DNA of 64,000 nt from Cycas panzhihuaensis (lineage: Eukaryota; Plantae; Cycadophyta). The translations under genes were made by a program, and so were the position numbers. Location of the stretch: contig CM041465.1 of assembly GCA_023213395.1 (NCBI GenBank), positions 202,561,741 through 202,625,740 on the forward strand. The letters are read 5' to 3'. Below the pieces are notes generated by a model. It had not been told where the DNA came from and ran no database searches. It saw only the letters and a list, made by a program, of their open reading frames with translations. Positions 12,871 to 27,542 of this stretch are shown here, piece by piece; position 1 is the stretch's first letter, and each line of letters opens with the position of its first letter.

Positions 12871-15800
12871 ACAAACATAAACTAGCCCACAAGTTCCCAG
12901 ATATAGGAGGAAATACCATCATGCATAGTATATAGCTCATAGATGTTAAGGCATAAAGACTAATAATAGGACTGTAAATTAAATAGCCACATGATGATAA
13001 GATAAGGTCGTTGGATTGAATTCAACACAAGAAATATTAACGTATAACAGAAGGTAAGACTAGCCTCATGGAACATTCTACACAGAGTACAGTGCTTGAA
13101 ATCATCTCACATTGCTCATCTCACCTGCAAAAGGTCTAATAGTATATTATAGAGTTGAAATCTAATATCCATAGGTTATAAAAGTGGAGATCATAAACGA
13201 CAAACCACAAATCACGTATGATGAAGCAAACGTAGCCCAAATGTGCATAAACATATGCCCATTATTCATAGAATAAAAACACATTAAATTATAGTAATTC
13301 ACTACTGCTCATAAGATCACAAAGGTACAATACCAAGCCACAATATTGAATTTGTCATTCATATTTTTCAATTGTGTGAGGTTGGTTGATAATAAAACAA
13401 TCTGGCAAAGAAATTATAGATTAGAAATCAATTTGAAATCACCAAAATCTTTACCCAAACAATCATGCAAACACAAACCCTAGTAAATGATGGTGAACTC
13501 TTTTTTTTTGTATGAAATATTTTTTAGGAAGTGTAAAATAAATTTAATCAAATTAAAATATATTTTTAAGGCTACCTTAGCTCCTAGAGGAATATGAGAT
13601 GGTCGCATGTAAATCTGCATAGCCAAAAGCTAAAATTAAAATGTGTTAATTTCATCTTTTAACCTTATCATGATTTTTTTATGAGATACTATTATAGTTT
13701 AATCCATAACTTTTCTATATGGAGTTAGAATTGAGTGTTACTAATTGTGTTGAAAAGAGGATTTCAAGATTGATGCAATGACTAGTTGTAAGGGATAATT
13801 GTAAGCTTACATAAAGGAGATTTTGATCGATAAAAATGAATAAACAATTCTTTGCATCCTAAAAGTTTCATTTTTTTAGTACTTTGAGTTATGTTTTGGT
13901 GATTTTTAGTAATTTTAAAGACTTCTAAATTTATGTTGATATAAAAGATGGTTAATAAAAGGTTTTGAATAAAATATGGTTGAAATTTCATAGAAATAAA
14001 CATGAATGCCTCAATTTATGACAAATTGAAGGCTAAAAATCAAGGATGTGAAGTACATATGTCAAAACCTTGATGATGAAAAAAAAAAACATATATGTGG
14101 GACATTATTTCCTAGCTACCAAGAATGGACATGAATATAACGCCTCTCAAGTAGGCACATGTATACATCTTCACATCTTCTCCTCGTTCATTTTATGACC
14201 TTGTGAGATGCTTTATGGTTACATTTGGTGAGACATTGTTATATAAATAGTCATGATACTTGGATTACCTACTTATTGTATGCTTGTTGTTGGGGTTAAT
14301 GATCATCACTCCACTCCCACATTTCACACATGTGGGTGCACACCCCACTCCCACCATTTTACACATGTGAAGGTAAGTCAGGTAAGGTTAAGTTGATTTG
14401 AGTTAAGTTGTTGAGTTATGTAATATTTTATTGTTGTTTGAATTTTAGGGGTTGAAGAGTTTCCCTCCTTCCCCAAACTTTATATTTAGAGGGGTGTGCA
14501 ACCCTGGTGTCTTTAGACACTACCTCTTTTAGAAATTTACTGTGTACTCACTCAAAGATGGATTGAATACAAAGGCTTATGCGTTTATGCAACAATGTTT
14601 TAATTATTTGATTATGCTCTGCTTTATCTCCATCATTATATGATCTTTCATTTGGTATCAGAGCATAGATTATTACCCTGTTGCTCAGTTTTTTGGCCTG
14701 TTAAAGTTTTTTTAGAAGAAAAAAGATTCATTAGCATCTGAAACAGATCTACTCACAACAAGCTAATATTGGTTATATTCATTTTTTGTAAAGTTTATTA
14801 GCAGCTTCTTGTATTATTTTTTATCAAAGATCTGATTATTCTTGATTTATACTTGTAAAATAACACATATTTTCATAGATTTGTGCAAGAGCATAGCTGC
14901 AATTAATAAATATTCAAGATTTCATCACTCTACAAAGTTTTTATTAACAAGTTTTACATATTTTATCAAATACTTGGCCATTTCTGGTGTATTTTATCTA
15001 TTTATTCAATATTTTTTCAGATCTATGTAATATTTAGTGCATATTAAGCCTAACAAGTTTCTTAGAGAAGTTATACTATATGTTTTATTGTCTATTAACC
15101 ATTTTTTTTTCAGGTTTTAGTAAGCTACAATTGATATTCATTTTACTAATTTATCTTTTCATCCGCTTGATGAAAGTGTTGCATATGACTGTTTGTTGGA
15201 ATCTTGGCAAGCCGATCTATCTACTGGAGAAATCAGTTTAAAGTTTCGCCTTGTGTGGAAGAAGATCTTATCCTAAGAAGTCAATCTACTACAAACCTAT
15301 CACAGTGGTATCACCAAGTTCTTCGTATTTTTTATTCAAATACTTTTTATTTATTTGATATATTTTCGTCAATATATTTAAAAGATCTGGTTTCATTTGT
15401 AGTTCCGTTGAATCACCAAGTTCTTCATATTCTTCTATACAAATATATAATTTTTTGAAATATTTCTTCGTTATAACTCTTTATATGGTATATATTGCCT
15501 TGTTCCCATATTGAGTTTATTTTTTTAGATGAAAATAATCCCCCAACCTTTTCAAGTTTGCATTTGTCTTCACTCAGATCTAGTTTAATATTTCTTTTTA
15601 GTTGAATATTTGTATTACAATCTATAATATTCTGCCTACGAAAATAAAATTGATTGTATCCTCTTTCCTTTATTAAATATAAGATGTGCCTCTGTTTAAG
15701 AGTTTTTTGTATAGTTGGGTCTCTACAGGCACTCGCAGACTTGAAATCCACTCTCTTATTTCCAAGCATATTTGCATATATCTTTCGTAATGCAACATAT

Positions 15801-17063
15801 GAATTTAGTTCTTTGATCAATGATTATTTTCTCCTATTAAGCTGCTTGTTAATCTCAGGAGGATTTCTACCCATTGTGCTTAACACTTAAAATAATCTAT
15901 TAATTGCCACTTTAACCAGCCCATTGGCACTTCTAACTCGATCTCAACATCACCTTTTTCTTGTAATCTGCAAATTTCTTGCATCATATTAGTATTTGTG
16001 CTCTTCATATTCACATCATCGGTAGAGCCCCCATATTTACCTAGATTAGCAGAATGCAATGACTACTTGCACCGAACTACCCTCTAGAGGAATACATCTG
16101 TGCATTGTTGTTAGTGGGCTGCTACCCCCTATAGGGTTGTGCATCATAGGGTACCTAGATAGAGGAGGAGCCTCCATACTATTATTTCCACCTTCTAACT
16201 TTGTCGCCGCCCATCAGAAACCCATTATTTAACCTGACATATGCTACTCTCTCGCCCCCTATGTTCATCTAGACTCCTTGAATGAGCAAATATTCATTTT
16301 CAACTAACTCTACTGTGTTGACAGTTGGCTCCACTAAAAGCCCAGTCTCCCTTGAGTTAAGCCTAGCCACTTCGTCGCTTTGATTGGACGAAGTAGATAG
16401 CATTTTGACACTCTGATTGAACAATAAAAATGTCATTTTTCTCATCTTGACAGTAGAAGGGAGTCGAACTGTTGAAGTCAGTCTTTGAGGATCAATTAAC
16501 TAAATACATTGTTTCAACAATAGTGAAAATAAGAAAATAAATTAGGAGAAAGAAGTAAAAATAATCATCTCACTCTGACTATCTTTGGAAACCAATTTTG
16601 AACCACCAAGAAAATTGGCCTTAGTTCTTCTGAAAGTTCCACCTGAATTAAAGTGAGTCTAGGATAATCCATGGCTATCATGTTTGGTAATACAAAATCT
16701 CTTACAACACTTCGACTGGACTTTCATCTTTCTCAGCCATTACAGAGATATTGAATTGGCTTGAATCCAGACCCCGCCATCTCTTCCTTCACTCGTCCCA
16801 CCAATACCAAATAAAATCCTTACATACTCTCCACGAATGCGTGAGCTCATATCGTCTGCCATTTGATGCCTGTGAGAGAGTGTTGAACATACGACACTCA
16901 CAGGTGAAATATATATGCCAGGCACAGAACCCATACGGTACACCCAACAACATCTTGGCGATTGTTGCTATGGTGAAATACATACGCCAGGGCGCCCAAA
17001 TTTGAATTCATTCGATCTATTCGCGCCTTTGTTACTTGGTACAGGTTGTCGTGCATATCCAGC

Positions 17064-17065
<2 letters not shown>

Positions 17066-17133
<68 letters not shown>
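17066..17133. repeat. (TA)34 microsatellite
   Basis: Direct count. Confidence 0.95.
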
Positions 17134-17135
<2 letters not shown>

Positions 17136-19267
17136 GTTAAGATTTGAAATATTAAGGTTTATCACATTTAATTTTTCTTTATAAAGTTTCAAATTCAAGA
17201 CTAGTCCTTTTAAGTCTTAGCCCTCGGTCACATACCTCCTCCACGTGACCTTTAGCTCATTGCTAAAGGGGCCAACATAAACTTTATAAAGTTTTTTCCT
17301 TTTTTTTTTTTTAAATTTTTTATCAAAACATAGGGTATCTGGCTAATTTTTATCATATCTCTTGACTAGAGCATCAATTTCTGATAGAACTTATCCCGTT
17401 GAGTCCAGAATTTTTTGAGGTATAATTTGACTAGTTATTTTCCATATTTGGAGCTGATTTGACATGATTTCAATCAGTTTAAAGTCAATCATTTATTTTT
17501 AAGGACCTTTTAAACTATTTTCACAAAAATCATTTTTTATCAGATTATACTTTATCATCGAAAGATTTTTTTTTTTACCTGGATATACTCTGTAGTAATC
17601 TATTTTCAACAAACTTCATCACCATTTACTCATTTTATTCTTTTGGATTTGATTTAATCATTATTTTAATCGGTGAATGTGACACTTTAGTGTTTTTTAG
17701 CATATTTACATAAAATGTACTACTTATATTTTTAGTTATATTTCTTCAACCAGAAATCAGATTATCAAACCGTAGGATTTGTTGGAATTCTAATTTAGAG
17801 AACTACTACCTGGAGGTATTTTTTGCTTGATTTGACTCATTATCTTGTAGGTTTGAGTAGGTCAAAGTTGACCTTATTTTTACTGCCTATTTTATTAACC
17901 TTAGGAGGACATGTTTTACAATTTTTTTAATATCTTGAGCTTCATAGCTCAGAATTGAGTACCGTCTGATTCTAGTGAAAGATTTTTTAAATATATATAG
18001 TTTTAAGTTGGTTTTATTTCATTTTGAGTCTATTTTGTAGGTTCTCTAAGCTATTCAAGTTTAGGTATATAATAGCTTTTAATTTATCATTATTACATAT
18101 TTTTATACATTATTTCTCAAAGTTTTTAACCGAAAAGTATATTAAGTAGCTTTCTAAATTATATTTGATTATTTTACATTATTCTACAAGTTTTATTACT
18201 AGCATTTCATAATATTTTGAGCCTTAGGCTCTCGTTAAGCCTAAAAAATAGGACTGTATCTTTTGTATATTAAAATCTTGACTTGTAGGAATCTGTTTTT
18301 AAAACGGTCAGTTTCGTTGACTAAATTTTTTATTAATATTCAAATTGGTATAATTTCACCTTATTTTGACATTGTTTAGTACAACTTTAAAGCTGCTCAA
18401 TTTGAGCATTCAAAATATCCCAACAGGCTTATCTTCTAACCCTTTTTTAAGGAGTTCTTTATTTTATTTCTTATTGATCATTTATAATACATATTTGAAG
18501 TTTTTATTTGACTTCCATATAGCTTATTTTAACCTAATTTATAGTAGAAATTGATTATATATATCTAAAGCAAGTGATAAGCCAAGTAGTTCTGTAACTT
18601 AAACAAGTACAATTCATTTTTGTTGGAAGTTTCTTCTTCATTTTTTAATCTTTCTAAAGTGAAAATGTACATATATATTTCAGATTTTTAGCATTATATA
18701 TCTTCATCAAGATAAGAAGATTTCATGTATTAAAAAAAAAGTCATTTTCTTACTCAAATTTGTGGTTATTTATTTGAAAAATTAAAAGCTTAAGAATTCT
18801 TTATTTTTCATCATCAAAGTTATAATTCAGATCTGCATAATTAAAAGAATCTTAGTTACATTCAGAATTTGCTCATATATTCATTATATTTCAAAGTTTA
18901 TATGAAATTATACCTAATAAGTTTGTCATTTATTTGAAAGGCATACACTTATTGAAAATATTTTTTTATTTATCATTGTTGAAAAAGTTCACTTACTTAT
19001 TACACTTATAAAAGTTACATATAGTTGGTCATACGTTCTATTTTCTCAATGTATTTTTTCACTTTCAAATGCATTTTGATTACTTGCATAATTATTTCAA
19101 AGAGTATATTTGAAGTTATATATTTTAAGTTTATTGATTTATTGAGTTCTTTAATTCCTTCTAAAGGCATATATTTTGCTGAGAAGTACAAAATGTTCAC
19201 ATGGTAAAAGCATATTTTTTAAATACTAAAGTTTTCTATAAAATTGTAATCAATCTAAATAAAATAT

Positions 19268-19515
19268 AATTCCCTACTTTTAATGGTCATAATTTTTCAC
19301 AATAGTATAAAACAATGCAAAATTATTTTATTACAAATGATCTTTAAAAATACTTATAAAATGAATATGATTTTAATATTAAAGAAGACATTAAAAAGAT
19401 AATAAAGCCTTAGCTATACTATTTTGCACTATAGATGATAATGTTTTTTCTAGAGTTTGTGAAATGACAACTTCCAAATTGGTATGGGACACCTTAGCTT
19501 CTACTTATGGGAGAG
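19268..19515 (+). pseudogene. Copia gag N-terminal fragment
   Basis: IP.FNGHNFSQ*..MQNYF..NDL and KDNKALA..FCTIDDNVFSRVCEMTTSKLVWDTLASTYG (copia gag DUF4219/UBN2-type). Confidence 0.8.
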
Positions 19516-22500
19516 ACACCCTCAATATAAATGCATTTAACGTTGATATTTTTGAGCATGTGAGATACATGCCAAAGCAGATTGATTGTGATGGAAAGAC
19601 CAAGGAGGAGAATTCAAATCAAATACATGATCATCTTGTTACACAAGAAGTTGATCTTCCATTTGAGAGGGAGAACTCTTATGATATGATAGTCACTCAC
19701 AACATAAAGATTTCAAAAGACAAAGTTAAAGTTTCAAAAGATAAAGTTAGAGTTACAGTCATTTACTTTCATTTAAATCAAGCTACATTCACTTGGAGAT
19801 TTTTTGAATCATTCAATGTTAAAGAGACACACATTGCTAAAAGGACAAGGCGAGTTAATAATGATTAAACTAAAAGATAAAATTTTAAAGCTTTTTCAAG
19901 TTCAAGTTTCACAAGTTTAAAAAGAAGATAAAGTTGTTCGTGATTACCATTAATGGGGAGAATGTTGGGGTTAATGATCATCACCTAACTCTCACCTTTC
20001 ACGCATGTGGGTGCACACCCCACTCCCACCATTTTACACCTGTAAGTGCACACATATAAATGTAGGTCAAGTAAAGTTAAGTTGATTTGAGTTAAGTTGT
20101 TGAGTTATATAATATTTTATTATTGTTTAAATTTTAGGGGTTAAGGAGTTTCCCTCCTCCCCTAAACTATATATTTAGAGGGGTGTACAACCCTAGTGTT
20201 TTTAGACACTGCCTCTTTTGGAAATTTACTATGTACTTACTCAAAGATGGATTGAATACAAAGGCTTATGTGTTTATACAATAATGTTTTGATTATTTGA
20301 TTATGCTCTGCTCTGTCTCCATCATTGTATGATCCTTCACCTGTGACTGTGATCTAGCCTCTGATGACTCAAGACCATGGTTATATGGCACCATACATCT
20401 CCTCGTCATACCCTCCTAGAATTCTCGAGTACTTGTAGGTCCCTACAACCACTTTTTTTCTCATGTTTAGCATTATACATGATTTATGATACATCATTTT
20501 GGCTTGATTATATTTGTGTATATTTTTCACATCCCTTATTAGGGCCTCTTTTGCACCTTTTTTCATATTTGGGAGGCCCCACTGTTGCCTAGAGGTCCTT
20601 TAGAACCCTTACTAGTATAACAAACCATGTTTTTGCACCCTGAGACTCATTATTTAGGGGTCTCTCAGGCTCTCTTTCTTATTTTTTTATTTTTTCCTTA
20701 TGTTTAGTTTGCACTGTGACAATATTTATAGTACCACAAAGTTTGTCGTAGGGCAATAGTCTATTGACTTCCACAGCCTAGCAATGACTAGTTTCATATT
20801 TATTATGAAACTAACACATGGCAGACTACTCTTTCTAGCTTAGAGTGAATCCTAATCACTTGAGAACCCTAATTGGGAGATAAAAATCTAAATATGAGTT
20901 CATTTTACCTCTCTTGGCTCTCCACCAAAAGGAAAAAATGCCTCTCTTTTGCATTTTCATCTTTCTTCTCATACTCTTCTTCTAAAAGGGTAAAAACCCT
21001 AATATGCAGGTTTGAACTAGATCTCCCTTAATAGGTTCTTCCTCCCTTATACTCACTCCAACAACGACAATAGGATTCCAAGGCTTCGAGTCTCTCCCTC
21101 ACTTCTAAAAGAGTTCCTTCTTTACTTAGCAAGGAGGATTCCCTACTTTCCATGTTTGCTCATGAGGTAACACTTGTTTTGCTTTAGTTTCGTGGCTGGA
21201 AATAGGTCTGTTTCTTCTATTTTCTTCTTTAATAAGTGTGTTTTTACTCAACAGCTTCATTCACTATATGTTTTAGCATATATTTTTGCTTCCTTTTTGG
21301 TGGCCAAATGAAGGCAAACCCTTCCTTCCTTCATTGGTTACACCTTCAAACTCCTTGGGTCCTCTTTGGCTATAGTTAGACAAATTTTTAGACATCCTAA
21401 GGAAGGAGCAGAGGAGCAAACGATTAGAGTTCTGACTTCTAAATCTGCATCCTCCAGGGTAGCCCCCTACTTCTCAAAGTTTCCTACATCGTATTCATTC
21501 CACAAGCCAGGAAATCCCCTTAGATGAGGGTCTTTTCTTAATTGTAGTATTTGCAGCACTTGCAATACTTGTAATCAGCCCATATACATATCATCTAGTA
21601 GCAATCTCCATCATATACCTTTCTTTTCATGGTATTTACTTTATCTTCACATATTTTACAAAATTTACAGCATTTACAACTTTTGCAACATTTGTAATAT
21701 TTACGACTTTTGTAACTTCTTGTATCACTCGGTACTTCTTATAAGTTGTTTTGGTTTTCGATTGCTTGAAGCTTTCAATCCCCGTCTAACCCACTCTTGT
21801 AGTACTCGATCACGTAGGAGGTGGTCTATTTGAAGGAGCTAGTCATTCTAAGGCTATCTTTTTCTTTACTCTCAAACTTCCCTTGTTTTTCCTAAAAGTT
21901 CTATGAAACACCATTGTACATAAGGAAAATTGTGTGCCATCATATTTCTTTCTTGCAAAATATTAAGCAAGCTTTTGGTTCACTCTGGTAAGGTGCATAC
22001 ACACATCAATATATATATGTATATGCATGCACTTATTTGTTTTTGAAGGGTTCATTCATACGGGAAACACCACCCTTCTTAGGCAAGCAAGATTGTATTA
22101 CAATCAAGAGGTACATTCATCTTTTGTTGTGTTTATGTCTTTTTGAATCTTCCCTTTAAGTTTCTTGTCTTTTCATAATATATTCCGGGGAAGGTAAGGG
22201 AGCCCTACCCATGACTTCATCCACAACGTTCACCGCGACTTGAAGCATGAGGCGACATGTCAAGGTAAAGCGAGAAGGAGAGGGAGTGATACTTCACTAA
22301 CTGGTTTACTCCCAAGTGCATCCCCTTCAACTCTTCTTTCTCTTTTTCTTCCTTGGTTTCTTCCCCTTCTTCTCTAAAAGGAACTTGCTTAGGTTTGCAT
22401 GTAGATCATAATTTCTTGCTTGTATACTTATATTCACTAAAGGGAAGCATAAAAGGAGCATAGTCATACTTGCATCTTCACCCTTGATAAACACATAAAG

Positions 22501-24363
22501 ATCTTGCTCTTCTTCTCCATTTACATGAACACAAGGGTAGTTTGAATAAGTAGGCTTCTTATTTCTCCCCTAAGAAGGAAAGCTAATAAAGTGACTGAAG
22601 GACTTTCTTTTTCTTACTGCACTCCCTTTATATTCTACATGCATGCACAAGCATAAGGGTAGGGTTAGGAAAGTATAATTTGGTCGGGAATGCTACTCTT
22701 CTTTCTTGCATTACTAGGAAAGATTGCATAGATCACTTGTGTCATTTCTCTCCCTTGTACCCCCCTTTTTCCTTTAAAATAATCTTCTATCAATAAAAGG
22801 GAAAGAGAGCGAGGATAAGAGAGAGAGAGAGTGTGTGTGTTCTTATTAGTTTATATTCTTTTTAGCATCAATATCTTGGACCTCTACACCATATCACCCC
22901 ATAACTAAGATAAAAGATATTATCTAGAACTCTTAATATAGTTGAACAACCTTTACTCTTAGCTTAAATCTTAAAGGCATCCCCTTTAGGTGACATCAAA
23001 CATAACCTTCCAATAGCCTCACTTTTGGATTTGGTCCTCACACACACCAATTCCTTTCCACATTGCTTAACCAACGACTTCCTTTACTCATTCCATAGGT
23101 TCCTACCTCGTTAGGGCCTATCCTTTCTCCTTTACCTCTTCCCTAAAAGAGGACCTTTTCTCTAATTCTTTCTACCATTAGGATAGGAGAGTCCTATCCC
23201 AAGCTACTTGGTAAACCGAGGATGCCCTTGCCTAACCTAATCTTTAAAAGATGCCTGCCAAAAGGGAAGGTCTTGTGCACTATTTGTGGGTCTTCGACCA
23301 TGTGTTTTGATGCATGAACACCCTTTGTGGATGACATATCCCCTTCCTTGAGGACTCCTTAGGCCCCTAATATAGTGATAGTGTTGGCTTAAGTATCCTT
23401 GTCTTTATAGGCTCTCTAAAGGCGTGCTTCCACCTACCAAACCCTCACATAGATAGAAAAAATTGAACTACAATTTTTTGAAGAAGATAATTTTTTTTTC
23501 TAAAGTTAGAGACATATTAAATTGAGTTGTATAATTTTTTAAATCCATTATAAAGCCCCTAATCTATCAATAGATGGTCACATGCTAAAAAAGACATGAC
23601 CTAAAGCTAAAATGAAAAGAGTTAATACTTAATTAACATCCTCATGTTAAGATTTTCATACCTCCATATAGTATTTTCATCATAACTTTCATGTATGAAC
23701 TTGGAATTTAATTTCATCATGTTCATTAGAAAGCTCATTTAGATAGTTTTGAAATGAGTAGCTAAAAAGATATATTGATTTTTATTATTTACAATATTTT
23801 AAGGTTAAATTTAATAAGTGTGGTGAAGAGACCATTAATGAGTTCATTTTTAAAAAGCTTTTAAGGCCTTCTTTTTAAAATTTAGGAAGCTTTTACAACG
23901 AATAGTGATTTTTATGGATTCAAGAGATATTTATAAGAAATACATGTGAAAATATTACATTAGGTGGATTAATGTATTTTGCATAAAGGGTTATGTGCTT
24001 CATTTGTACTTGTACTTGGAGTTTTATTAATTGAAATCATGTAGTAAGTTCATGGTCAGGATATCCTTTGAGGATTGTAATAAGAATTATAGTAATTTAC
24101 TCGAGGTTAGCGGACGTTGTTGGATTCTTGTTCTTTATTAGTTTGGTTATTGTTTATTATAAATAAACACCTAATATATTCATCATTTTATAAGGTCATA
24201 AACCTAATATTGTAAGTCTAAACAAGTTAGAAATATTTTTCTTTTTAGGAGTTGGAGTAGAGGATTAGGCACAAAAGGAAGTATAAGTGAAGTTGTTTGA
24301 CAAGGAGGACAACTACTTGGTGATGTGATATGACAAGACAAGAAAAACTAGATTAAACATTAT

Positions 24364-24793
24364 GGGGGAGTGTTGGAGAATAATGTTTAATCAATGGTTT
24401 ATCATAATTATTATAATTGCTATCCCTTAAATGTTGTACATTGTCATCTCAAAGAGGTGCACACTTGTGTAGACATTAATTTGTTAACATTATTAAAATG
24501 TACATTTAGGGCTCACATACTCATGTATTTGTTATAATGTATCTAAGAGGTTCTCCAATATCATTGGATATCTATGATGTGGACAATATATATATAAATG
24601 TATTATTTCATTATGCAATAATATAGATAATCTTTTTCCTTAAAACATATTATCTTATATCATGATATACATTTCAGTCTTTTGCATTTCATATTTCATG
24701 TTTTATTTATATTTTACTCTTCATATTTATAATTACATGATGTTATAATCTTCATTCTAATACTACTATTTTGAGTGCACTACATGTAAAACA
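24364..24793 (+). mobile_element. PPT plus 3' LTR of a decayed copia-like element
   Basis: GGGGGAG immediately followed by TGTTGG (24371). AT-rich LTR-like segment ends ...AAACA. Confidence 0.55.
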
Positions 24794-27510
24794 TTGGGCA
24801 AGTACGTCTACTTGACCTATGGGCTCTTTAACATTTTGCATTGCATTTGAATTCATAATTTAATGGTATCTACTTTTTACCTTAAAATTAAAAACATGAT
24901 GTTATAATAATCCTAGTACATTTTTTAATAAAAATGATGCTTGGATGTCTCTAACTACTATTATAATAATTGTGGGTTATTTATTGATAAATTTAAAGAT
25001 AAAAAACATGTTGGGGTAGCCAAGCTCTTAATAGGAAAGCAATTTGTCAATAGAAAATTCATGAGGCTACACTTTCACATGGTTAAAATGGCTTAGCAAC
25101 TTGTCATTGATGTATGAAATGTTGATTATTGCACTAATTGAATAATGCAACCACTTAAAAGTGAAATTAATTACTTGATTAGCAATATTAATGGATCTAT
25201 TCTTATCATAGTTCAACCTAAGAGAGTTAAATACTTTATTTTTGTAATTGTGCAATTAGAAAATTATGCAATGGACTTCCTTAGCATGCGAAATAAATAA
25301 GAGTCATGAGGCAAAGTTAACATTTCATAAGGTTACTACATTCATGGTAAATAAGTTCACTTAACAATTACTATCGATCTTAGTGAAGGAGATTCATTCA
25401 AATTTTGTAGAAGAGTTATCAACAAACCATTTATCAATAGAGGAGATAAAGCTATGGTATATAATTAACCATGATTAAAGAAATTAAAGTGGACAGTGGA
25501 CTACAGACCATCACAACAAAGCATACCCATCTTGGTTGAGGCATAAGGCAATGCCATTTACAAATAGTTAACACAAAAATTGTTATTATGATGTACCAAA
25601 TGATACAATTTTGTTAGCATCATAGTCCACAATGATAATTGACACTTGAATACTACATTAACAAATCTTATAAAGACTCTTAATGGCATTCAAGTCTTCC
25701 ACATAGATGGTAGAAGCCTATATATAGTCTATTGATACAACTTTGTAGGGTCCACTAATATAAGTATTCATCATAGGAATCATGTTCCATAAGCTATAAA
25801 AGTAGGTTCAAACAATGATACAAACTATTACATTTTTAAAGGCATATATCATGTAGATTGAAGCACAAAACTTAGAAACATAAATATATTTATAGTTTCA
25901 TGAGAATCATGCATTTGATTCTCTAATGACTTGTAGGAACTGTGGAGGATTACAAGCAACTAAACTCTCTTATTCAATAAAGTAATGAGGCAACTTTGCT
26001 AATTGGAGAAGAGCCTTACCAAACCTTAGGAATTGGCACCACTAAACTATTTATAAGGATATGTTGTAAATATATAGGATTTATTGAAGGTGCAATAACA
26101 TCTCGTAGTAGAGTATGCAATGAATCATGTGAGGTAAGTGATTGAACAAGACTTTTAAGGGGAAGTAGGTAGAATCAATTCCATTGAAAATTTTACTTAC
26201 TTTTGAATTCTTTGAAATTTTCATTCTATGTAAATTTCTTTTCACTTATTTTCAAAAATGAGATTATTTTTGGGTATAAATGGCCAACAAGAAGTTAGGA
26301 GAAACCCCAATTTTATGTTATAGTTGGTTTTGTGGTGACTTATGTGGTTTTGTCTTATTTTGTAACATACACAATTACGGAACAATACTACTCTATAAAG
26401 TGATAACAAATGAAATGTATAATTATTTTCCACCATAGTGGAGTTAGGAATTTACTCCAAACTTCTTGTATAAATGTCATAAGGATGAAACATAAATGGG
26501 TAATAATTAGTCCTTATTAGTGATTGTACACATGATGATTTACTTATGCATAGAATAAGGGACATTTGATTCACGAAGGCATATTGGTCTTATTCGCGAT
26601 GGGTGCAACACCATGTTCTAGTATTTATGTGGCTTTATAAAATACTAAACAAAATCCATTTAATTATAAAATAAATTTTTGAGAAAAATACAAATTTAGA
26701 TATATTTTAAAATATATAAAAATAAATAATATAAATAAAAGTTAATTAAAATATAATATATAAGTACTTACAAATTTATATTATATTTTATCCTTTCTTT
26801 ACTTGTTTCATAGGAGTGTTTATACTTCTTAAATTTCAAGTCAAGACTTTTTTATAATCAGATATAACACCTACGAGTAGTTTTCTCCTCAGGATAATTA
26901 ACTACCTTTACTAACTTTTATTTTTTAGACTTTTTTCACCCACTTTGTGTGCCAATTTGAGTTTTTGTGTGATCACACATGATTATAACATGCATACCAT
27001 CCATCCTTTTAAGATAAATTTGATCAATAATATTTCTAATTTTTATGATAAATTATCTCAATTAATTCATCTTTTCTTTTTAAAACTGTAATGGCTACTA
27101 TGAATGCATGTCAAATACAATGTATCAGTGAAATTATTAAAATTATTTAGAAATTCTAACCCACCCTTATTGCTATCTATCTATTTTCTAGAAGCACAAA
27201 AAAATATTTTAATACCCCTCTAAATTGTATGCACTCTATGTGTGTCGATCTACATTGTGCTCAATCTTAAACCTTGATATCATGACCATCACTATCACCA
27301 AGAAATATTGAACTCAAATCCTATTGGTGATAACATCTTCTTCTCTCCCCTATTACCTCTAACATTAAAACCTTACCATGAATGTCTGTAAATACCTAAC
27401 CAATCTTCTCTGGACATGCTTCTTAATATACTATTAATAACTTTGCTTGTGTCGCTCTATGATATAAGTTTTCATTTTTCACTTTAACTTCCCATCTTTC
27501 TTAACCGGAA

Positions 27511-27536
27511 TATATATATATATATATATATATATA
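27511..27536. repeat. (TA)13 microsatellite at the boundary of the orphan promoter copy
   Basis: Direct count. Confidence 0.95.
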
Positions 27537-27542
27537 GTTCTC

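Larger units (their letters stand above)
14288..20339 (+). mobile_element. Complete non-autonomous copia-derived LTR element (LARD-like)
   Basis: LTRs 14288-14650 and 19963-20339 (TGTT...TCA, roughly 85-90% alike by eye). PBS TGGTATCAGAGC 14653-14664, PPT ATGGGGAGAA before the 3' LTR, TSD CTTGT/CCTGT. No pol sequence. Confidence 0.92.
14106..23432 (+). mobile_element. Tat-family solo LTR (~3.27 kb, related to element A LTR), interrupted by the 14288-20339 element; no TSD
   Basis: 14106-14287 plus 20345-23432 align to the reverse complement of 33846-37086. Start TATTTCCTAGCTACC vs TGTTTCTCAGCTACT; end GTGCTTCCA. Flanks GACAT and CCTAC do not match. No PBS or PPT adjacent. Confidence 0.85.

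Noticed and set aside
14268-14272. CCTAC as TSD of the solo LTR (matches 23433-23437)
   Set aside because: Homology to the element A LTR continues leftward to 14106, so this CCTAC is inside the LTR.
16915-17198. ORFs with poly-(YI) tracts
   Set aside because: Translation of the (TA)34 microsatellite.
25250-26200. Possible gypsy integrase remnant (MDF.., HIDGRS)
   Set aside because: Motifs are too decayed to support boundaries or identity.
17134-27510. Single 10-kb element inserted into one (TA)n tract
   Set aside because: No convincing terminal repeats, and it would cut across the TSD-flanked 14288-20339 element.
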